Below are positions 56,447 through 64,000 of a DNA stretch of 64,000 nt, piece by piece. Origin of the DNA: Actinomycetota bacterium (GTDB taxonomy: Bacteria; Actinomycetota; Actinomycetes; Actinomycetales; Microbacteriaceae). Position numbers and translations under genes: made by a program. The stretch is taken from contig JBEBBA010000057.1 in assembly GCA_041158585.1 (NCBI GenBank), positions 1,882 through 65,881 of the forward strand, given 5' to 3'. Position 1 is the first letter of the stretch; every line of letters begins with the position of its first letter. The notes under the pieces are model-generated. The model was given only the letters and a program-made list of their open reading frames with translations, ran no database searches and was not told the origin of the DNA.

Positions 56447-56968
56447 CTACTGAGTGACCGCATCGACGTCGATTGCGGGCTTGCACTGGCAGACATTCTG
56501 CTTCCAGCTGCAAAGTTCTAGGGCTGCGTCGCCAACCAGGTTGACGCCAGGGCCGGCGGCGAGCGCGTGACCGGCGAGCGCGTGCAGGCACTTGACGCGA
56601 GTTGGCATGCCTCCAGCCGAGATGCCTTCGATTTCGGGGACATCGCCCAGAATTGCACGATCGGCTAAGTACTGCTCGTGTGCCGCTTGATACGCCTTGG
56701 CGAAGTCCGCTTCGGTGGCAAGTTTGTCTTGCAGGGTGACCATGACTCCCTCGGCTTCGAGGCGCGAAAGTGCGGCAGTGGCTGCCGGCAGGGTTAGGTA
56801 ATACATAGTCGGGAATGGTGTGCCGTCGCTCAGGCGCGGTGAGGTTTGGACGACGATCGGGTTGCCGCAAACGCAACGAGCTGCAATTGCAACAATGTCG
56901 CGGGCCTCGCGGCCGAGTTGGAGTGAAACCGAGCGGATGTCTGCCTCGGTTGCTGGAGTTAGTGTCAC
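56447..56968 (-). CDS. DUF501 domain protein
   Basis: QLGR, PRL.DGTPFPT.YYLT, GGMPTRVKCLH. Confidence 0.9.
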   Translation of the reverse strand: MTLTPATEADIRSVSLQLGREARDIVAIAARCVCGNPIVVQTSPRLSDGTPFPTMYYLTLPAATAALSRLEAEGVMVTLQDKLATEADFAKAYQAAHEQYLADRAILGDVPEIEGISAGGMPTRVKCLHALAGHALAAGPGVNLVGDAALELCSWKQNVCQCKPAIDVDAVTQ

Positions 56969-57489
56969 TTTTCAGCTGCTAACGGTTTTTCAACGCCGGC
57001 ACGAATGACGGTTTGAACCAGTGAGCCCATCCAGTCATTCTTGGTTGCGCTGATCTTGTCGGTGATGCCGCTGTAGTTGCTCTTGGCAGCAAGCATTTCA
57101 CCCACGGTGCCGGTTTTATCGCTTTCGCTCACACCGTTGGCGTCCATGATGATGTACGAAACCTCACCCGGCATTACGTAGAAAAGTCGGTTGCGAGCCT
57201 GGGCGCGAACATAGGCCGGGTCGTTCCAACGATTGCGCTGAACCTGAAGGTCCTTTAGTTCTTCCTTGCGGGCGTCCACCTGTGACTGGAGGTCGGCGAT
57301 CGCCTGACGCTGCTCGAACCAGAGCTGAACCTGTGGAGCGAGAGTGAGGATGGCTGCAACAACAAGAACTGCCACCAGGATGGTTTGCCCGTTCAACGTG
57401 AATCCGCGAAGCAACTCTGCACGCTGAGTGCTCAAACTTGGTTTGCGTGCGCCACCGGCAGCCCGGGTGGGTCTGCGCGGTGACGTCAC
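56965..57489 (-). CDS. Septum formation initiator (FtsB/DivIC family)
   Basis: TM plus coiled coil, RWNDPAYVRAQARNRLFYVMPGE; follows eno. Confidence 0.85.
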   Translation of the reverse strand: MTSPRRPTRAAGGARKPSLSTQRAELLRGFTLNGQTILVAVLVVAAILTLAPQVQLWFEQRQAIADLQSQVDARKEELKDLQVQRNRWNDPAYVRAQARNRLFYVMPGEVSYIIMDANGVSESDKTGTVGEMLAAKSNYSGITDKISATKNDWMGSLVQTVIRAGVEKPLAAEK

Positions 57490-57505
57490 GATCTAAACCT
57501 CTTGC

Positions 57506-58810
<1,305 letters not shown>

Positions 58811-58860
58811 TTACTTTTGCGGCGCAGATAGCGCCTTGAAAAACGTCTTTGTAATGACTT

Positions 58861-60081
58861 CTAGTCTAGCGATTGACCAATCGGTCGCACCTCTAGCTCG
58901 GCGAGACTCGAGGTGTCTTCGGTGACCACCGCGAAGGCGTCAAAACCGTTTGCCGACATCGAATCGAGTAGCAGATTCAAGCGCTTGGGCTTGAGCTCGA
59001 AACGAACGTTTGCACCTTCTGCCCAGAGTTCTTTCTGGATAGCGAAGGCGTTGCTAAGCGTCAACTTGGATGAGTCCTCGAGAACAAGCACCACAGCTGG
59101 CATTTCATCGGCGGCAACTTCGTCGGCAACCAAATCTAGAACGCGCTCAAAACCGATCGAAATACCAACAGCGGGAACATCGGTGCCGAGCCACTTGCCA
59201 ACCATGCCGTCGTAACGGCCACCGCCACCGATCGAACTCCCGGAACCCGGGTGGTCGATTTCGAAGATTGGGCCGGTGTAGTAGCCCATTCCGCGAACCA
59301 GTGTTGGGTCGAAACGCAGGCGACCCGGCCGGATCAGAGCGAAAAGGTCTTCTAGTTCCGCTGGAGGCAGGGTGGTATCGACTTCTAGGAACCAGGCCTC
59401 GAATGCCTTTCCGACCGACTCGCCGAGGCGTTCGGTGAGTTCGGTGACAACACCAGCGAGCTCGATCTTGTCTAGCTTGTCAATGGTGATCATGGCCGAT
59501 CCGTGATCGGCTTCAGGCACACCCAGGTCATTTAGCAGTTTCACCAACAGTGCTCGGTGGTTAACACGAATGACGGCATCGGTAAGCCCGAGCACATCGA
59601 GCGCGTTTAGCGAAGCGTTTAGAAGTTCCAACTCAGCAAGCGGCGTGGCATCTCCAATGATGTCGATGTCGCACTGGACAAACTGACGGTAGCGACCCTT
59701 TTGCGGACGCTCGGCACGCCAGACCGGGCCAACTTGGATGGCCTTGAAAACATTCGGCAGCGAGGCGCGGTTAGTCGCGTAGTAGCGAGTAAGCGGAACG
59801 GTCAGATCAAATCGAAGTCCGAGGTCGGCGAGTTCGGTACCATCGGCGATTGCCTGCTCGAGTTCGGCGCCGCGCTTCATCACACGGTAGGCAAGCTTTT
59901 CGTTGTCGCCACCTTGACCAGAGGTTAGGCGAGCGAGATCCTCCATGGCTGGCGTTTCGATCTCTTGAAACCCGTGAGCCGCGTAGGTGCCCTTGATTAG
60001 TGCGAGTACTGCCTCGCGCTTAGCCTTCTCGGCAGGCAGAAAGTCGCGCATTCCACGCGGCGGGTTTACAGGGTTAGCCAT
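58861..60081 (-). CDS. hisS: Histidine--tRNA ligase
   Basis: PRGMRDFLP, LRFDLTVP, WRAERPQKGRYRQFVQCD, RGMGYYTG, GGGRYD, GFER. Confidence 0.94.
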   Translation of the reverse strand: MANPVNPPRGMRDFLPAEKAKREAVLALIKGTYAAHGFQEIETPAMEDLARLTSGQGGDNEKLAYRVMKRGAELEQAIADGTELADLGLRFDLTVPLTRYYATNRASLPNVFKAIQVGPVWRAERPQKGRYRQFVQCDIDIIGDATPLAELELLNASLNALDVLGLTDAVIRVNHRALLVKLLNDLGVPEADHGSAMITIDKLDKIELAGVVTELTERLGESVGKAFEAWFLEVDTTLPPAELEDLFALIRPGRLRFDPTLVRGMGYYTGPIFEIDHPGSGSSIGGGGRYDGMVGKWLGTDVPAVGISIGFERVLDLVADEVAADEMPAVVLVLEDSSKLTLSNAFAIQKELWAEGANVRFELKPKRLNLLLDSMSANGFDAFAVVTEDTSSLAELEVRPIGQSLD

Positions 60082-60103
60082 GCGTCAAGTTTCCCACAAA
60101 ACC

Positions 60104-60343
60104 CTAGGAGGTCTGAGAAGACGACGTCGAGATTAGGAAGGCGATAGCACTGCCGCAGACCAAGACAATCGAAATTATTGTCCAGAGAACCCTGCGACTT
60201 AGACCCTTTTGGGTGTCCACGGGAGCAGTCTGCTTTGGTGTGATCGGACGCGTTTCGATCGGTGCACCGTCATCGAACATTTCTTCGGGAAGTTCGGTGA
60301 AGTCTCTGGTGTAAGAATCGCTACTTGGATTTGTGTCGGCCAT
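60104..60343 (-). CDS. Small hypothetical protein with C-terminal TM
   Basis: 79-aa ORF overlapping the end of the transglutaminase-like gene; acidic N-terminus, hydrophobic C-terminus. Confidence 0.55.
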   Translation of the reverse strand: MADTNPSSDSYTRDFTELPEEMFDDGAPIETRPITPKQTAPVDTQKGLSRRVLWTIISIVLVCGSAIAFLISTSSSQTS

Positions 60344-62975
60344 GCTTGTTTTCTCGCTTCGAAACTAGTGAAGAGCTCCAAGCCCTAACTCTAGGCACAA
60401 TCCACTCGAAAGCCTCGACAGCTCCCTGCTTAGCCACTTGGGTGAAGGCAGCGAAAGTTGAGCCTTCAGCCCCGATTCGACGCGTGTTGACAGTATTGGC
60501 TTCGGGCGCGGATGCACGGTAAACAATCGAACGCAGAGACAGCATCGCCCGCACCTTGCGGTAACGAGTCAGCGAGGCATTTGAGTTCTCACGCTCCTGA
60601 TCAACGAATTTCCAAACCTCTCCTTCGAGGGCGACGCTCGGTTCCTCGGGCGCAAATGCTGCGAAGTCCGTAAAGCGCACCATGTCCTGTGCTTGTGCGC
60701 TGGTGCGAAGTTCTTCACGAACCGTCGCGGCTTTGGCTAAGAGCTCCGGGCGGGTTTCATTTGCCGGAAGTCTTCTAAGGCCGCGGTCGCCGAGATCAAT
60801 CAAATTGTCAACGTATTCGTCCCACGCACCGGTGATGCGCTCTGCGAGAGTAGGCGCGTTCTCGCGATTCCTTCTACGACGGCGTTTGCCAAGAATCACC
60901 GCGAGAGGCGGCCCTAGAACCAAGGTTGCAGCCAAGGCGGTCAAGCCAAGGTAACCGAGGATGGTGAGGATCAAACCCCACCAGTCGAATGGTTCTGCCT
61001 CTTGACAGCCGTCGGGGTTTTCGCAAGCATCCTCAGAAGGTGCAACCTGACCGGGAGGAACCACGGTGGCGTTGTCTTGACCTGGATCGGCTTCGTTCTG
61101 CTCCAGCCCAGGCGGTACGGTAGGCGGAACCGGGCGGTTCTTGTACTGAGGAGTGACATCGATTGCTAGCCAGTCACCCGATACGTCTGAAACCTCAACC
61201 CAGGCGGTCAAGTTCTTACCAGAGCAGATACCGTCCGAGCACGCTGCGACTCCGGAGTTTGGATCTACGTTTTCAGCTCTGAATCCCAAAACCACACGGG
61301 ATTCATAGCCTCCGGCTCTAGCAATCAAGGCTGCCGCTGTGGCAAATTGCTCGTCGTCACCCGCAGTAGCGACGAGCTTGGAGTTTGGCGAACCAGGTTT
61401 GGCCGCCTTCTGAACCGAGATAAGGTCTTTGAACATCTGGTCGATGCGGCCCTTGGAGTGCCCAGCCTTAGCGCTCACAAATGCGTAGTTGCTTGAAGCC
61501 AAGAGGGTTGTCCAGTTGCCTTCGGCTGTTGGTTTGTCGAGCGAGTGGGTCAGGTAACCTCTCGCTCGCAGAGTCTTGATTAGTTTTTCGACCCCGGCTG
61601 CGGTTGAGAGGTCTTCGTCCTGCAGCTCAATCCACTCGCAAAGACTCTGCGGAACAACGTTCTCGCTAGAGCCCGCGTCAACGCAAACATCGCTGGCTGC
61701 TGCCTTGAGGTTTGCCGGATCAAGTGCGGTATCGGAAACAAAGCTCTTGACCTCGTAGGTGACGTCGCCGCCCGGAACACCCTCTCCCAACAGAGCGCCC
61801 GAGTTGGTTGAACGGTTGAAATAGAAGTGATCGGAAAGTGTTTGCGCTTGATCACCGAAGAATTCAACCTTGGAAACCCTGTCTAGAAGTGGTAGCCAAA
61901 CCGAATCTCTATTGAAAAGCTGAATCGTCGTATCGGTGACTTGCTGATCGCCCTGCTCAGCAACCAGAGCGGCAGGCAAGAGCCTGAAGGCTAGCCTCTC
62001 CCCCTCGCCGTCAACGACCTTGAAGACCTGCCCGTCAAAGTTCGTTAACACTGCCAGCCTGATTCGCTCAATTGCACCATCGGTTGATTCGTAACGCAGA
62101 ATTTCTTGGTTTAGCTTTTCGGTGTCAGTGAATGTCTGACGATAAAGACTCAGCGGGCTGAGATCCTGCCCGGTAAATTGTGCCGGTTTCGCACTGCGCA
62201 AAACTTCGCGATTCGAAACTGCATTCGTGCCGAAAACAAGAGCGACAATTACCAAAGCCGAGACAACGAGGACCCAAGAATTTGCAACTTGCAGGAGCTT
62301 GCGACCAATAGCACCGGCATCGCGAAGGTTTGCCTGATCAAGTGATACTCGCGCGCCAGCCGGTGGAGTCAGGTATCGAATCGCAGCGATCAAAATCACT
62401 AGTCCCGAAACGTAAGAGCTAGGGATATCGAACACGAGACCAAAGAGGTTGGTCTTGTCGTTTACCGCCGCCTGCCCGAAAGCGAAAGAGAATATCACCA
62501 TTGCGAAGAAGGGCAGAATTGCTACCCACTGTCGCTTGCGATTCCCCAGCATTACAAGTGCGCTTAAGAAATTGGCTACAAAGAAAGTCACAAACGCCGG
62601 AACCATGAGGCCGTGGTAGGTGCCAATCGGCGGATCGATTGTGACAAGTTGACGCCAACCGAAGACTATCGATGTAACAGCATCCGACCAGAGCCCGAAG
62701 GCGGCGAGCCCGGAAGAAAAAATCGATGGGGCTGAAACGAGCGGCCCAACAAGGACTATGGCAACGAGCGCGTAGAGAACTTGGGTTAGCCATGTTGCGG
62801 CACGAGCGCGAAGAATCCTCGCTCCAAAAAGCCCGGCAAAGGATGCCACTGCGACCACAATCGCGAAATAAGGGTCATTGTAGATTGGCCAAATAAGCCA
62901 GCTTGCGAAAACGGTAAAACCTAGCGAATAGGCAAAACCGCGAGAAGTGTTGCGGTCGAGGTTCAAAGGTTTCAT
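60321..62975 (-). CDS. Multi-TM transglutaminase-like domain protein (catalytic residues degenerate)
   Basis: N-terminal TM bundle, SPLSLYR, RLAVL..FDG, GDDEQFATAAAL.AR..G..SRVVLGF, TAWVEV, W..IDVTP. Confidence 0.85.
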   Translation of the reverse strand: MKPLNLDRNTSRGFAYSLGFTVFASWLIWPIYNDPYFAIVVAVASFAGLFGARILRARAATWLTQVLYALVAIVLVGPLVSAPSIFSSGLAAFGLWSDAVTSIVFGWRQLVTIDPPIGTYHGLMVPAFVTFFVANFLSALVMLGNRKRQWVAILPFFAMVIFSFAFGQAAVNDKTNLFGLVFDIPSSYVSGLVILIAAIRYLTPPAGARVSLDQANLRDAGAIGRKLLQVANSWVLVVSALVIVALVFGTNAVSNREVLRSAKPAQFTGQDLSPLSLYRQTFTDTEKLNQEILRYESTDGAIERIRLAVLTNFDGQVFKVVDGEGERLAFRLLPAALVAEQGDQQVTDTTIQLFNRDSVWLPLLDRVSKVEFFGDQAQTLSDHFYFNRSTNSGALLGEGVPGGDVTYEVKSFVSDTALDPANLKAAASDVCVDAGSSENVVPQSLCEWIELQDEDLSTAAGVEKLIKTLRARGYLTHSLDKPTAEGNWTTLLASSNYAFVSAKAGHSKGRIDQMFKDLISVQKAAKPGSPNSKLVATAGDDEQFATAAALIARAGGYESRVVLGFRAENVDPNSGVAACSDGICSGKNLTAWVEVSDVSGDWLAIDVTPQYKNRPVPPTVPPGLEQNEADPGQDNATVVPPGQVAPSEDACENPDGCQEAEPFDWWGLILTILGYLGLTALAATLVLGPPLAVILGKRRRRRNRENAPTLAERITGAWDEYVDNLIDLGDRGLRRLPANETRPELLAKAATVREELRTSAQAQDMVRFTDFAAFAPEEPSVALEGEVWKFVDQERENSNASLTRYRKVRAMLSLRSIVYRASAPEANTVNTRRIGAEGSTFAAFTQVAKQGAVEAFEWIVPRVRAWSSSLVSKRENKHGRHKSK

Positions 62976-64000
62976 CGCTGGAACCGCCTTATCGCCGAAC
63001 TGATTTGATCTAGAGAGCTGATTGTTACAACCTTCATCTTCTCGATAGTTCGCACCGAGGTGGCCGCACTTGGAGAGGCTACTACCGTAAGGATTCCAAT
63101 ACCCTTCGGCAAGTTTTGTTGAATAGAACGCAATTGCGAGTCGGTCACGGTTGATCCGCAGAAGACAACTACCAACGAAACGTCATGGTAGGTCTGACCT
63201 ACTCTCAAGCTGACTTCTTTCAAGAGTCGCTGAGAACTCTTATTGCTCAGCTGTACGTCGCTAAGGCTGTCCAGAAGCTTGAACTTTGAGGTTGCCTTGA
63301 GTTCCTTGAGAGCAGCCTTAGATGCGCCTCGTCCGTTGGAAACAAAATCAGAGGTGCGTGGTCTTCCCATAACTGCTGTCACTGTTCGGCCATCGCTAAG
63401 TGCCTGGTAACCAACCGAACCTAGCGCACTAACAGCGAGTTCGAACTCGGGATTAGGTTCGTCGGCCAAAACGGTTTTCGCGTACTCCGTCTGGCTGGCG
63501 GCAAGCATAAGCACCACTCGAGAGCGTCGGGTTTCCTGGAACTGACGAACCATGAATTCGCCGACCTTGCCGATCTTGGCGGTTGAGGCCCAGTGAATGT
63601 GTCTAGAGCTGTCACCTGCCCGGTACTCGCGAATCGCGTGGAAGGAGGTGTCCGAATCAACGAGTTGGGCGCTAGGGTTACCCTCTAGGTCCTTGATGAT
63701 TCCTCTGAGCGGAGAGCCCACCCTGGCAATCTTCGGGTGCACCCACACGGTCTTATCGACGACTCCGAGGGTGGGATCGAACGGTACCTCGCGTCGAACT
63801 AGAGCCGCAGGGTCCTTACGAATCGAACGCCACGAAATAACCAGCTTGCCGCGCGGCATGTTTGGCCGGCGCAGTGTTTGTCGATGTGTTGCGAACGGTC
63901 GAAGGAGAGGCACTCGAATCACAAGTTGGTCTTCGCCGAAGGAGCTCTCCAACTGGCCGGGCATTTCGAGCTTTGAGGAGCTGTTCTCCACAATCACCGT
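62972..64000 (-). CDS. DUF58 domain protein (MoxR-associated), 5' end outside the window
   Basis: PRG, DP, SFHAIREYRAGD..RHIHW..TAK, MVRQFQET. Confidence 0.88.
   Translation of the reverse strand, partial: TVIVENSSSKLEMPGQLESSFGEDQLVIRVPLLRPFATHRQTLRRPNMPRGKLVISWRSIRKDPAALVRREVPFDPTLGVVDKTVWVHPKIARVGSPLRGIIKDLEGNPSAQLVDSDTSFHAIREYRAGDSSRHIHWASTAKIGKVGEFMVRQFQETRRSRVVLMLAASQTEYAKTVLADEPNPEFELAVSALGSVGYQALSDGRTVTAVMGRPRTSDFVSNGRGASKAALKELKATSKFKLLDSLSDVQLSNKSSQRLLKEVSLRVGQTYHDVSLVVVFCGSTVTDSQLRSIQQNLPKGIGILTVVASPSAATSVRTIEKMKVVTISSLDQISSAIRRFQR

Overview
Gene-dense, streamlined chromosomal segment of an actinobacterium. Gene order (sigR-aroA-rsgA-hisN; ychF-rmuC-glpX-fbaA; ispH-xseAB-DUF4245-CA-fumC-phoH2; greA-ilvA; ndh-DUF501-ftsB-eno) and very short intergenic gaps suggest a small-genome freshwater Microbacteriaceae (Aquiluna/Rhodoluna-like; inference). 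It holds about 60 CDS and one short-variable-arm tRNA-Leu(TAA). I saw no rRNA, CRISPR array, integrase or transposase. Accessory content includes a hut histidine-catabolism cluster, an OmpR-type two-component system beside a secreted coiled-coil protein, a surface block (secreted His-phosphatase, Caps_synth glycosyltransferase, collagen-like protein, secreted CotH kinase), a CsoR/CstR-type persulfide locus and a Cu-export trio coupled to ispH. The most novel-looking item is a tandem pair of paralogous Cys/His miniproteins (56 and 39 aa) in the persulfide locus; the first is absent from the ORF track. One is basic with a MinD-like membrane-targeting tail, the other acidic. Also notable are a sigmaR/sigmaR'-like two-isoform sigR layout, a cysE lacking a canonical start, and pervasive leaderless or bidirectional promoters. 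All family calls come from motif recognition by eye, not database searches.
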